Assembly: GCA_036172245.1 (NCBI GenBank) | Contig: JAYWIR010000008.1 | Span: 5,022,001 to 5,086,000 of the forward strand | Direction of reading: 5' to 3' | From: Raillietiella orientalis | Lineage: Eukaryota | DNA length: 64,000 nt | Part shown: in pieces, positions 50,351 through 61,470 of the stretch | How positions within the stretch are numbered: position 1 is the stretch's first letter | How the letters are laid out: each line of letters opens with the position of its first letter | Position numbers and translations under genes: made by a program | Notes under the pieces: model-generated | Databases searched by the model: none | Told to the model about the DNA's origin: nothing | Seen by the model: the letters and a program-made list of their open reading frames with translations, nothing else

Positions 50351-53199
50351 GAAGGGGAGGTCAGGCTCAAACCTCTTCAGAGTGGGGACCCTTCCGTTCC
50401 CTGTATCTTCTGGCGGTCTGGGGCGTGCCACGCCTGCCCACGGGGAAAGGGAAGGAGGGATGGAACCTAGCACGAGCTCAAGTCGGTGCCATCCGGGAAG
50501 AAGCTGCGTCTGTGGGGTGAGTCCCAAGGGAGCAGCGTCCTGAGGAGCCGACCAGATCGATGCCAGGCCCTCCCATTCCTTCCGGCTCCTCCGCCGCCTC
50601 TTCTCCATCCCCGTAGGGTTCGAGGACCGGACTTCAGGATTTTCAGCTTCCGGGGTTGACCATGGGACTTTGCACGTTCGCAGGAAGTTTCCTGGAAGGG
50701 GAAGGGCAGCGGCGGAGGCGCACTGGCGGTCTCATTCCCGGTCGATCTCCCAGAGACTCTCTTCCGCAGGTGGCCTCTTCCGTGGATAGGCGCTGCCTTG
50801 CGGAGCACGTGGGCAGGATCCTCCCTTCCCGCGTCGCTGCTCCCGGGAATTCCGGAAACTTCCGAGTTCCTCCGCGCCCCCGTCCCTCGCCGCAGCGTGG
50901 TTTCGGAACTGCGCGATTTGTCCCATCCACCTCTTCCCTTGTCCACCTCTAGCACGTCCACGTCGGTGGGAGGAGCACGAAGGACGCTGCGGGAAAACGT
51001 TGCAGCAGAGCGTGGGGCCGTGGTGCGTGGGGGAACGGCCGTGGCGGTCATGAACGACCTGAACGGCGTCCATCTATCGGGTCTCGTCTGATAGCGATGA
51101 TCTCGGTCCCTCCTCATCTTTACTGCCTCTCTCCGTGCCGCTGGGAAGCCCACAAGGTTCCATCGTGGCCGGCGCGCGCGCTGTAGATTCTCGCTTTCCC
51201 TCCTTCCTCCTCCCTGCCCACCCGCTTGGCACTCGCTCCTCCCCTGGCCGCGACGGGAGACAAATCGCGCGTCACGCGTGCCGTGTCGTCCCCCGGTCGT
51301 TTTCACCATGCGCCGCGTGAATGTGCCCCTCTCAGCTTCCGCCTCCCTCCTTGATGGAGGCGCGCGCGCGTACGCATCGATCGCAGGGAGGGAAGGTGGA
51401 ATTCCTTGATGAGACGGCTACCGCTCGGGGCAGGGGACTCCCTTCTTCTGCTTTCTTCCTCTCCCCTTAAAAGAAACGGATGGGGAATGGGGTGGGATTG
51501 GATGAAAGCTTGGGTGGTGGAGAAACGGCGGCTGCCATCGTGGTCGGCGCGCTTTCTTCCCTTTTGAGAAATCCCGTGCATTCCAGACGAAGGTGATGCT
51601 GCGCGTCCACAAGGATGCGCAGGGGCGAGAGAGTGGCTCGCAAGCCTTCTTCAACGTCGACAAGAGGAAGAAGCAGGTCACCCTGTACGACCCGGCGGTC
51701 TCAGCCGCTTACGACTCGGCGGCACTGCCTACGGTATCGCCGTCCTCGCCTTCCCTGGAGGGCGGTGGCGGCAGTAACAGCAGCAGCAGGCGCATCGGAG
51801 TCAGCGCCCCCAAGATGTTCGCTTTCGACGCCGTGTTCTCGGAGGACGACTCCTTGGTGAGTGTCCTCTGAGCCCCCGTCCGCCACCCTCGTCCATTCTT
51901 TCCTTCCCTTCCTCCCTCCCTCCCTCCCACCCATCCTCCCCTTTCCCCCGGGGCTCGTCCGTCCCTTGCCAGTTTGGATCGCAGGATCGTCAGTCCCTTG
52001 CCGCTCCTTGCGCGCCCGATCGTCTTTTTTTCCCGGAAGTCCGGAGGCGACTTTCGCTCCTGCTCACCCAGGCGTAGTTCCGTCCTCCACGCTTCTCGTC
52101 GCTCTCTGGGAAGCTCTTTCGCTTCCGTTGCCGGCTCCCAAGCGTGCGTGGCGCCGGCCCAACGTGTCCCGGACGGCGTGGCCGAGTTGCGGCGCGCCGC
52201 CCGCCTCATCTCTCTTGCCGTCCTCCCCTTCTCGTATGCGCCCAGAATACTCCACTCACGCTCCTTTTACGGCAGAAAGGGGTCCTCCCCCTTCCTCCGG
52301 AAGACTCGTAAATCCTGACGGCGCGGACGCTGCGAGGGAAGGGGAAGGCGGGTGACCTGTACGGTAGGGCGAGGACCTTCTCAAACCGCCGCTCTGAGTC
52401 CCCTCCCCTCCCCTCGGCCTCTTCGGCAGGGCGGGACCGGCGCGTCCCGAGGTCCCGCGCGGGATGATCTTCAAGAGAGGCGTCACGCAAGAAGGGGAGA
52501 GCATTCCGTGGGAAGGCAGGAGGAAGAGAATCGGGCGCGAGCTCGGGGACTCTCTGCCTCCTTGTCCGGTCTTCGGCAGGCCCCGGTCGAGGGTAGCATC
52601 GTCCTCTAGCCCGTCTGTCTGGCAAGCTCAGGGGACGGAAGCTGAGGAGACGGGGAGAGACCCTCCAAACAACCCAAGATGTCCTGGCCGCACCGTGCGC
52701 GCGCGTCCTCCTCTCGCCCTGAGGCTACCTACCATCAGCTTTCCCGACGTTCTTTCCTCCGTCGGGAATGCAGTAGTCTGTAACCTTCCTGATTTCCTTC
52801 TCACGCAAGTTCGGGAGGCTTCCTTTAGGGCATCCTCCCTGCCTGGTGGGTCCTGCAATCGTCTCCCCCTCGTGGATGCGCACCGGCAGGATGCGCGGAG
52901 AAAAAAGGGAAGAAGAAAAAGACAGCAGACAAAGGGTGACGGAGTGAATCAGTGGGACGCACTCCCTTCCCTTTTTTTCGAGCCCCTCTTCCTACCCTGA
53001 GGGCGTGACCTGAAAAAGAAGAGACCGAGGAGGAGGGTCTTCTGCGTCTTCAGGTCGTCCTCTCCCGTACGTCTCCGCCGCCGCCGGGAGTGACAAAAAA
53101 CTTACTCCCCCTCCTTCCCCTCCTTCCCTCTCGAGCCTCCTTACCCCTCCTCCCCAGACGCCCTTGCGTGAAGGTCAGGATGACGTTTTCTCCTGGCAG
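50100..53199 (-). mobile_element. Degenerate Tx1/L1-like ORF2 relic (linker - RT - C-terminal domain) containing KIF26 exon 4
   Basis: Minus strand in order: GDVRERTT.EDAEDP (GA.vRSR..w.E.gEkP, ~53085-53030); PGHLGL (PGPDG, ~52680); LPPAF..; EKVLA (~52375); DFREK..ILRSKLARDG.APG..WV..KNG (52041-51885); [exon]; HGISQ (~51575); RDHRYQTR; VL.VDKGRGG (~50940); FPVGRR..P..EE (zf relic, ~50440). Confidence 0.7.
51587..51856 (+). CDS. KIF26: KIF26-like kinesin, exon 4 (motor start KVMLRV..VDKRKKQVTLYDP..APKMFAFDAVF)
   Basis: ttccag acceptor, TTG|GTGAGT donor, diagnostic KIF26 motifs. Confidence 0.96.
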
Positions 53200-53293
53200 T
53201 CGGAGATTTGCGGCAGCGCGCTGACAGATGTGATCCACGCCGTGATGACCGGCTCCGACGGCTGCGTTCTCACCTTCGGGCACTCCGGACTAG
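53200..53293 (+). CDS. KIF26: KIF26-like exon 5 (SEICGSALTDVIHAV..GSDGCVLTFGHSGL)
   Basis: cag/gtgagg sites; first half of the P-loop. Confidence 0.96.
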
Positions 53294-53379
53294 GTGAGGC
53301 CAAGTGCGAGAGAGCGAGGAGCACCCTCGACCTCCCCTTCTCTTCCCCGTGCCCCTCGTGCTCCGCTGCCGCCCCGCAG

Positions 53380-53577
53380 GCAAGACGTATACGATGCTGG
53401 GACATCCGGAGTCCTCTGCCACCCTCGGCGTCATCCCCTCGGCAATCAGCTGGCTGTTCCGGGCCATCGGCGACCAGAAGCAGCACGCGGGCACGCGCTT
53501 CTCGGTGCGCGTGTCGGCTCTGGAGATCTCCGGACCGGAGGAAACCACCCGGGACCTTCTCTCCGGCTTCGAAAAAG
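53380..53577 (+). CDS. KIF26: KIF26-like exon 6 (GKTYTMLG..LGVIPSAISWLFR..RFSVRVSALEI..RDLL)
   Basis: P-loop completion, kinesin motifs, phase 1-1. Confidence 0.96.
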
Positions 53578-53647
53578 GTTGATTCCCTCCCCTTTTAGGA
53601 ACGTGCCTCCAGCTCCCTTTTCCCTCCTCTCCCTTCTGCCTCCTCAG

Positions 53648-53848
53648 ACGCGGAAGAGTCTCCTGGCACTTACCTGGACGCCCTTTACGGCGTCCAGCTG
53701 CAGCATTGCAACGAGCTGCGGGCCCCGACGGCAGAGAGGGCCGGCTACTACCTAGACGCCGCTTTGGCTGCCCGGGAGCCGTCCCCTACCAGCCACATGC
53801 TGTATACCATCCACCTGTACCAGTACAACGCGGACAGATGCGGAGGAG
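53648..53848 (+). CDS. KIF26: KIF26-like exon 7 (ELRAPTAERAGYYLDAALAAR..SHMLYTIHLYQY)
   Basis: Diagnostic KIF26 motifs, phase 1-1. Confidence 0.96.
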
Positions 53849-53906
53849 GTACGTTCGCCGTCCCACCGTCTTCCTCCCTGCTCCCTTACTACGATCTCGG
53901 CTTCAG

Positions 53907-54202
53907 GAGGGAGAAGTCGACTGCACCTGCTCGACCTCGCCGGAGGCGACCGTCAGGGGAAGACGGGGCTGCCGCTGTCTTCCATCGGCAACATCATCCT
54001 GGGCATCTTCAACGGCCAGAGGCACTTCCCGCACAAGGACAGCCGGTTGGCCGCGTTGCTGAGGAACGTCCTCAGTTCACTGACCTGCCAAGTGTCCATG
54101 CTCATCCATGTGTCCCCTCTGACCTCGCGCTACACGGAGACGCTCTCTGTCGTGCAGCTGGCATCGCGGATACACCGGATGAGGGCGCGGCGCGCCAGGG
54201 CG
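53907..54202 (+). CDS. KIF26: KIF26-like exon 8 (GRSRLHLLDLAG..GNII..NGQRH.PHKDS..ETLSVVQLASRIHRMR)
   Basis: End of motor domain; ttcag / gtgagt sites. Confidence 0.96.
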
Positions 54203-54301
54203 GTGAGTGCGCCGCCGCCTCCGCCCTTCCTCGCGCGTCTCCCTCAATCCCGAACTGGTGGGCATTCGCCCTTTTTCCTCCCACCTTCCTCCGTTTTCCA
54301 G

Positions 54302-54958
54302 GGTTTCTTCGGCAACCGGGACGACCTTCTCCACGCGAGGCAGAGGGCCGCCAGAGTCGCCGAGGAAAGCAGCCCCAAGTCCAGCAGCGAGGTCGACCCG
54401 TCCAGCAGCGAGCAGTCCTGCGACACGGTCATCTACATGGGCCCGGCCGACGACCCCACGGATGGGGAGCAGCCCCCTTCCTCCCGCGGACCAGGAGACA
54501 GGATTCCCTGGACAGCGGCGGCGGCGACCGCAAAGCTCGGTGGTGGCGCCGCTGACGCCTTCCCCGCGAAAGCCCCGGCGAGTGGCGCTTTCGGACCGTC
54601 AGGTCGCGACCCCGCGAAGGAGAGGAGTTGCTGCTGTCCCTCCTCCTCCTCCTCCCCGACGAAGCGACCTCCGGTTCCCCCTCCCCTTCCTCCTCCTCCC
54701 GCCACTCCCGGTCCTCCCCGCTCCTCCTCTCCCCCATCTTCCTCCTCTTCCTCCTCCTCTTCCGACTGCTGCCGCTCCCGCGAGAGATCCGCCGATCTCC
54801 CCAGGGGATCGCTGCTGGCGCAGTCCAGGAGGCACCTCAGGTCCGAGAAAGACAGGGAACAACGCTCGCCCCACCTCTCCCGCCGTTCCCCTCCGGCCTC
54901 CAAGGTGAAGGCGAGCGATGAAGAGTGGATCGACGGTCCCCGCTTCTCCAAGCTCAAG
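54302..54958 (+). CDS. KIF26: KIF26-like exon 9 (SSSEQSCDTVIY..TDGE.PP..EEWIDGPRF)
   Basis: Conserved KIF26 SSSEQSCDTVIY motif; AAG|GTATGG donor. Confidence 0.93.
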
Positions 54959-54959
54959 G

Positions 54960-56250
54960 TATGGGGGGGGGGACGGAGGGACCCCTTTCTCCCACCTTCC
55001 AAGCACTTCGGTTGTCTCCCGGGAACAGCTCACCTCTCCCCCCTCCCTCGGTGGTTCCTCTTCCGAATCGCACCGAAGAGCGTCCGGGCCCAGTGCGCTT
55101 TGCGCGATGTTCTCGCGCGATGCGGACCGGCGATCGGGCGGCGACTCGTTCTCCGCCTCCTCCTCTCCCGTGCATGCACGCTCCTTCCGGTGGGGCACCG
55201 CCGGGAGACGTACAGTCCACGACCTCCGGTTTCTCCCTTCCTTGGCGGCGGCACCCGCCATCCGGCTGCTCTCGGACCCGGATTTCGGGGGGACTTCTCG
55301 TCCCCGCCCCCCTTCATCGCTTCTGCCTAGGTCCCGCGGCATTTCGATCCCCGGGCGGTCGCAGCCAGTACTATAAAGGACTCTCCCTCCCTCCGGCAGC
55401 ACGCCGTCCCGAATACGAGGACACGGATGCTCCCCTCAGCATCCGGATCCTAAGGTTCCTTTGAAACGGGAGGAGAGTACAACAGCGCCCATTGCCACTG
55501 CCGCCGCCACCACCGCCGTTTTTGTTCGGCACCTGCCATCCCTTCTACCCCAAAGACACCGAAGACATCCGGTGCTCTTGAACTGCCTCTGGCCGCACGG
55601 CTCTTCGCAGAGCAATCAGCGCTGCTCAGGATTGCCGGAAGCTGGAATCGATGATTTGCCGTTTCCGGAAACAGTTTGCCGGACGAGGAGGAAGGGAAAA
55701 AGGATGGCTGACCCCTGAACCTAGATTGCGGCGGTTTGGTTGCCCTCCATCGCACAGGCCATCTGCGGAGGGTATTGTGCCGCTGGCGAAACGGCTGCCA
55801 TTCATCCCGGAAACGCTCCTCGCTCCGGACCGCGCGCGCCGGAGGACGACTTCCCTCCGGTGGTCGTCTTCATCGGCATAGACGAGCGCGGTGTTCACGG
55901 GCGCCGGGCTGTCCACTTTGCCCGGATGTTACCAACGAGTCATCGTCGCCTCGCTCCCTCGCCGCCGCCGCCGTCGGAGCCACTCCGGCACAGCCGTCAC
56001 CTTCGGTTTCCAAGCTCGGAATCCCGAGGGAATTTCCAATCCAGTGGGTGCACCGCGGACTCATTCGACGCGGTTTCCTGGATGCGGGTTCCCTTTTCGA
56101 TGCTTGCTTTCGGGTTCCGGACTCTCCCTTGTGGAGGTGCTGGTGCGTCTGCCTCTGGGGAGACGTCCCCGTCTGGGGTTGCGCCTTTCTTCCTCTCGCG
56201 TTGCTACCGGCGTCGCCGTCGGCGCCGCTCCCTCAAAAAAAGATCCTTAC
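54960..56250 (-). mobile_element. Second Tx1/L1-like RT and C-terminal relic
   Basis: Minus strand KGTR.Q..MSP (~56090-56060), LVYADED..SVSG (~55885-55810), LGRSDEGGRG (~55320). Confidence 0.55.
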
Positions 56251-57436
56251 TTTCTGTAGCTTCACCCGAAGTCGCACGCTCTGAAATGAGCGGCGCTCTA
56301 CGGCGATAGGTACCCCCCGTCACTCGCCCTCCAGTGTGGGTGGGTGCCTGGGTCGCCCCGCAGGCCCGACTTCCTGGTCTCCCGGCTCGTTCCTACCGTT
56401 CGCTTCCCTCCCACGCTTGCTTCTCCAAGGTGTCCACCTTGGAGATACAGCAGCGGCTGACTTCGTCAGGACCTCTCTGCCTGCGCGCAGGACCGTGGCA
56501 GCGGACGGAGGGGCGTGCCGCCGGGCACGCGACAGGGAAAACCGAAGGGGAGGGACGAGCGGCAGGGGTCCGGTGTCTGCCGCAAGCGTCCGGGATCCTT
56601 CAAAGGAGCTGCGTTCCGGAGCAGGTCGAGATTCATCGTGGCTGCTGCCTGCCGGTGCTCCTCTGGCGCAGTGGCCATCCCTGCTTTCCCGGAATCGGAA
56701 TGCGGACTCTCTTCCCTGCACGCGGATGCAGAGCTCGCGGTGCCGTGTAGGAGGAGGGATGGCTGTGGCTGCCGACTGCCCCTTCCTCCAGTGGCGGCAG
56801 CGGACGTGTGCCCGGGGACTGCAGAGTGTTTATCAGTAATGCAGCATCCGGTAGTAAAATCCAAAGCCTCGGGAGCGGTTCATAAAAAGGATCCGTGTCT
56901 CCGGGATGAGTAATGGACACGGTACACGGGCACCGGGATTATACTGGGAGCGCATTCTGTTCTGCTAAGCTTCGATTAGGACTGGAGCCGGGCGCCTCTG
57001 AGCAGCAAGATAACTTCCACCGATCCACCGGGCTGGATCATTAACGTCATTCGGACGCGCGGAAGAGATGATTTACAGAACGGTAATTTGGAAAAAAAAA
57101 AAAATTCCTGTCGGAAGGTCGAAACGATCTGCAGCCCTGATTATTATCTCCCCGTTTTGATATCATCATCGTTGATTAAAGGAAGGAGAGGAACTAAAGG
57201 CTGGCTCACTACGCCGGAGGACTCTCTCTGCCGGTCTTCCCGCTTGGCGCGCAGCCGTGCGAGCCAGCGGGCACGGCGGTGGGCGCAGGCATCTCCGCGC
57301 TGAGGCAGCGAGCTACTTCGTGCGTGCGGAAGCACCATGTGGGGGCGGCGGTGTACGTGCGTGTCTTTCGCAGGGAGCGCGCCGTGAATTTCTGTTTGTC
57401 GTGGGTTGGGGGTTGTGTGCAGCTGTCGACGTGCGT

Positions 57437-57570
57437 ATGCACACATATCATATGCATGCACATACACACACACGTGGGTGTACGCATAAACATACATACA
57501 CATACATTTACATATGCACATGCATAGGCGCATGCACGTACACTTACATATGTATATGCAACACACGTGT
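57437..57570 (+). repeat. Imperfect (CA/TA)n purine-pyrimidine microsatellite
   Basis: Direct reading; inserted in the Gypsy RNase H relic. Confidence 0.9.
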
Positions 57571-58054
57571 GTTAAAAAGTCCAGCGTATTTTTTATTTTA
57601 TTTTTTTGGCCCTGTTCCCTTCCCCCCCCCGAATGCTCGACGGTTGCTATGGAATCAAGAGACCTGCATGTGCTCTTATCAGTTAGGCGTAACTTTTTAC
57701 GAGCGGAGGTCCAGAGTGATCACTGGCGTCACTGCAGCCGGGAAGCGGGCGGACATCCTCTGAGAGGCAGCGTCCAAATTGCGCTTTTGGGGTATCGAAT
57801 GCCCGGGGACGCCGCCAGTCGAATTCTCTTCGGCAGCAGCGGTCGGGGTGACTGCGTCCGTGTGGCCGCAGCCGTCCAAGGAGGGAGAGGCTTTCGCTTT
57901 CTCCTCCTTCCCGCTGGCGGGAGGTTGCGAATGGCCTTCGCGTGCCGCCGCCGGAGGTACGGAATCGGTCCCGGTACGCATCGTCTGGTCAGCTTCCCTT
58001 CCTCCTCCTTTCTTCCTTCCCCCCCTCACCCTCTTCATACGGTCTCGTTTTCAG

Positions 58055-58627
58055 GTGGCCGAGGGTCGCCGACTGAAAATTTCCAAGCAGGAAATGTGGG
58101 TGGACGGACCTTCCAGACCCGCCTCCAGCAGCGTTCAGCAGGCGAACGTCAAGAACGTCCAGGCGATGTACGCGTACATGGACGATCACAAAAAGCTCAT
58201 GATCGAGCGTTGGGTGGAGACGCACGCCCAGCACGCGGAGATCCCCGCGGAAATCTGGATCGACGGGATGAACGGCGGTGCCGACCTGCCCCGCAAGGAC
58301 ATCGAGACTGCTGCGAAAGACGATCCCTCCTCCGAGGTGGCCGATCGCTCCTCGAAGAACGGTCCGGAAGACCTGACCTGCAGAACGGCAGAGGTCCGTG
58401 GCACAGCGGCGGAAGAGTCCCGCGAGGGCGCCTCGTCCGCCGTCGGGACGGATCACGACGGCCGGGAAACGCAAGGATCCTCGAAGGAAGTCTCCATCCC
58501 TCTTGTGGTGGAAGCTGCTCAGGAGAAGTGGCACCCGGAAGGGCAGCACTGGGATGACGAGGTTTTCGAAACGATCGAAGTTCCGGAACGCGACGAACCG
58601 ATCCCCATGACAGACTCGAGCGCTCAG
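58055..58627 (+). CDS. KIF26: KIF26-like exon 10 (EMWVDGP..YAYMDDHKKLMIERWVE..EPIPMTDSSAQ)
   Basis: tttcag acceptor; invertebrate KIF26-type WVDGP / MDDHK..MI..WVE motifs. Confidence 0.9.
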
Positions 58628-58672
58628 GTAGGGAGTGTTCGTTCCCGACCCTTCACTCGAGGACGTGGCCAG

Positions 58673-58811
58673 GTGACGGAAGAGGACATCTGTCGCTGCA
58701 TGGCCAAGCTGACCATGAGGAGGCCAAGCTGTGAAACCACCGAAGACATGTTCGACCATCCTCTTAGGATCTTGAGCGAAGAAAATCTGACGGTCGCTTC
58801 GACCTTCACAG
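58673..58811 (+). CDS. KIF26: KIF26-like exon 11 (VTEEDI..DHPLRILSEENLTVASTFT)
   Basis: Restores the Q|VTEEDI motif after removal of a 45-nt GT-AG intron; G|GTGAGT donor. Confidence 0.88.
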
Positions 58812-59823
58812 GTGAGTTTTCTGCGGGCAGATTGCAGGCGGGGAGGCTGCCTCGTTATCAGCGTGGGTGCTCTTTCGCGGCTCTCTGGTGCGTGTCTCGG
58901 AAAGGAAAGGACTTCTTTTGCCTTCTGCAAAGTCTCTCCCCCCCCCCCCCCTTCCTCCATTAATTCATAAACGAGATCCCCTTCTTTTGTGGAAAGCTGT
59001 CAGACTCTCAGACTTATTGCTTCAACAGCAGCAGTAGCAAAAGTCGCCTCTGCAAGCACCAGTTTGAAATTCGAAGCGCAGCGGATCGGGGTCGCTCCTT
59101 GCCTGGGTCCTTCTCGTTGTTGAGACTGACTCTTTTTTCCGCTCGCGATCTTCAGCAGTGCACCAGAGAGGGTCTCTTCTTCTGCCCACCCGAGCCAGTC
59201 GGCAACCCCACTCAGGGGCATCTTGAGAGCTCAGCTCCTTGTTTCCCCTTGTAGTCCCACCACCACCACCGCAGGTTTCGTTTTCAGACGAGAATCTGCA
59301 CAATCACCTACCTATCCCACTTGCGATGCCGCCGACGAGCGCCTATCGCTCGTATGGAGACCACCAGAATGTTGACCGTGTTGTTGCTGCTGCTGCTTTC
59401 TGACCGGTCTTTCCTAAGTGCGCACCGCCTGGTTTCTCCCGAGGCCAGACTCCGTTGCACGGGGCGCTTTTGCGTCCCTGAGGTCTCAGAGGAGGTCCTT
59501 TCAGGACTCTCCTCTTCCCGGTAGCTATTACGTAGATTCAGCCCATTCGTTTCCCGTCAGGGCTGCTGCTGCTTTTTGTCTCTCTGTCTTCGCAAGGCCC
59601 ACCTTCTTCGTCGGCCACTGAAGACCAGAGGCGGCGCGTTCGCTTCCGTGAGGGCTTCCGGGGGGTTTTGGTGTTTGAGAGCTCGCATCCACGGTGAGTT
59701 CTCCGACCACGTCTGGGGGACCTCCCGCCGCCGTGTACCTTGCGCGCTACTTTCCCTCGTCAGTCCTCTCGTGACTCCTCGAGTTTTCTCCTTTCCACAT
59801 GTCTCCCTCTCTCCTTTTCCCAG

Positions 59824-61164
59824 ATCCATACTCCATGAGGGAAGGCGAGGGAGATGACAGCAGCAACCCATTCGATGACATCCCGGACTACAAGCAGCTC
59901 TACGATCTCAGCATATCCAAGAACGAGGAGTACTTCGCGAAGCGCTTCCATTACGCGGACGAGGTCATACGGCATCCGTACGTGTCGAAAGAGGCGACCA
60001 AGGTCCCCCTTCGCTGTGAGTCCGCCTCGCTGAACCAGATGCTGTTTGGGGGTGTCGGCGGCCCGTGCGTCCCCAGCCAGAACCTCGTCTGCAGCAGCTG
60101 CAAGAGCAGCATCCTGCGGGCTGGGCCCCAAGACAAGCCGGTGGCGTGTCCTCAGGAGACTCCATCGTCGCTGGCGCCAGCGTCTCAGCCGACTTCCCTC
60201 GTCGCGGCGCCAGAGGCCGCAGGCGCCGTCGGAAGGGAAGAGAACTCCGCCTCTCCCGCCGCTGTGGCGACCGCCTCCACCGCCCCTCAGGGAGGTGGGA
60301 CGAGAAGGCAGGACCAGCCTGGCGGATCGCTGGGAAGGGCAGAACCGAGGTCCGGCCATGCCAAGGTGGCTTGTCCTCACCTTGCTGCATCCACGGGGTA
60401 CCAGCCCGAGGTGGCGGCTGACAGCTCCCTCAGCAAGGAACCGGGGCCGGCCCACGTGTACGAAAATCCGGAGAGCTGGACGAAGGCGGCGAAGAGGATT
60501 CCCGGAAGCGTCTCCGAGGAGAAGGACGCATTTCGAGATCCCCCATCCCCGATCTCCCGAGTCGATAGTGACAAGGACTTCCTCCGTAAGAACAAGAACA
60601 GCTCCCCATCGAAAAGCGAGAAAGTCAGGATCGGCAAGTTCTCCAGGATCCTGAGGAGTCCCGCCAGGGACTGCTCTTCCGCAAGGAAATCCTCCAGGAC
60701 AAAAGTCTACGAGGGTCACTCCGATTGCCCTTCCCACGAATCGTGCCCAGCCGTCGCCGATCTACCGAAACCGTACAAAGTCAGCAGCAGCGCTCCTACT
60801 ACCCCGCAGAGACAGCCCCGGAAAAGCTACCGGCCAAACCTTGCGGAAGAGAACCCCATAAGCTACCAGCCCCCTTGGCACCAGCAGCATTCCCAAAACA
60901 AGAACGCCTTCCCCTGTGACACGTGCTCGCCCTCCTTGGAGACGGAAAGTTATGAGAGTGAAAACGATTCCGGGGTGGTTGCCAGGGTCCACAGAGGAGT
61001 CCGGGTGAACACCTCTGCCAAAGAGCTGAAAGGAGTCATCCACTCGCCTTCGCTTTTGTGCGAGAGTTCCGGCTATGAGAGCGTCGGGATGCTGAGAGAT
61101 TCCGAGTGCAATAGTCTCATCTCGAGTCAGGACTCCGAGCAAGCGGACCACCACTCCAGCCCAA
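59824..61164 (+). CDS. KIF26: KIF26-like exon 12 (large low-complexity exon with NDSGV and SSGYES..RDSE)
   Basis: Polypyrimidine-cag acceptor, phase 1-1, open 1341 nt; conserved KIF26 SSGYES motif; A|GTACGT donor. Confidence 0.9.
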
Positions 61165-61389
61165 GTACGTTTTCTCAGCTTCCTTTTTCTTTTAAGGGGA
61201 CTTCCTCCTCCTCCTTCGTTCAGCCCTATCTCGTTATCCTCTCTCTTCCTCCCCCTTTTCCTGTTCGGTTCTCTCTCATGTGTTTCCCATCCTTTTTCTC
61301 CTCTTCTCCCCCTCTTCCTCGTGTCCTTCAATGACACTCACCGGCGAGCTCGCCGTGTCTTCAACATGCTTTGCTTGCCCCTCGACCAG

Positions 61390-61470
61390 GTGCTGCGGTC
61401 AGCGTCCCTCCCGACGGCGTCCAGGCCAAGAGGAAGACGAGCGTGAAGTACTGGCTGTCTAACTGTTATG
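61390..61470 (+). CDS. KIF26: KIF26-like exon 13 (SAAVSVPPDGVQAKRKTSVKYWLSNCY), probable GC-AG donor; gene likely continues beyond window
   Basis: accag acceptor in phase 1; G|GCAAGT at 61470/61471. Read-through would stop at 61500-61502. Confidence 0.55.

Larger units (their letters stand above)
56330..58960 (-). mobile_element. Ty3/Gypsy RT-RH-INT relic containing KIF26 exons 10 and 11
   Basis: Minus strand: EVLSF..E..RLQSARRKL (58905-58814); [exon 11]; GHVL-SEG..T.P (58670-58630); [exon 10]; PE.ETV; G.IPYLRR..PW..ASP.IRYP; SDASD (~57730); RRARWLARL (~57270); H...GH..T..R......SAC (~56830-56720); FE..LAADTGPLP (~56570). Confidence 0.75.
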
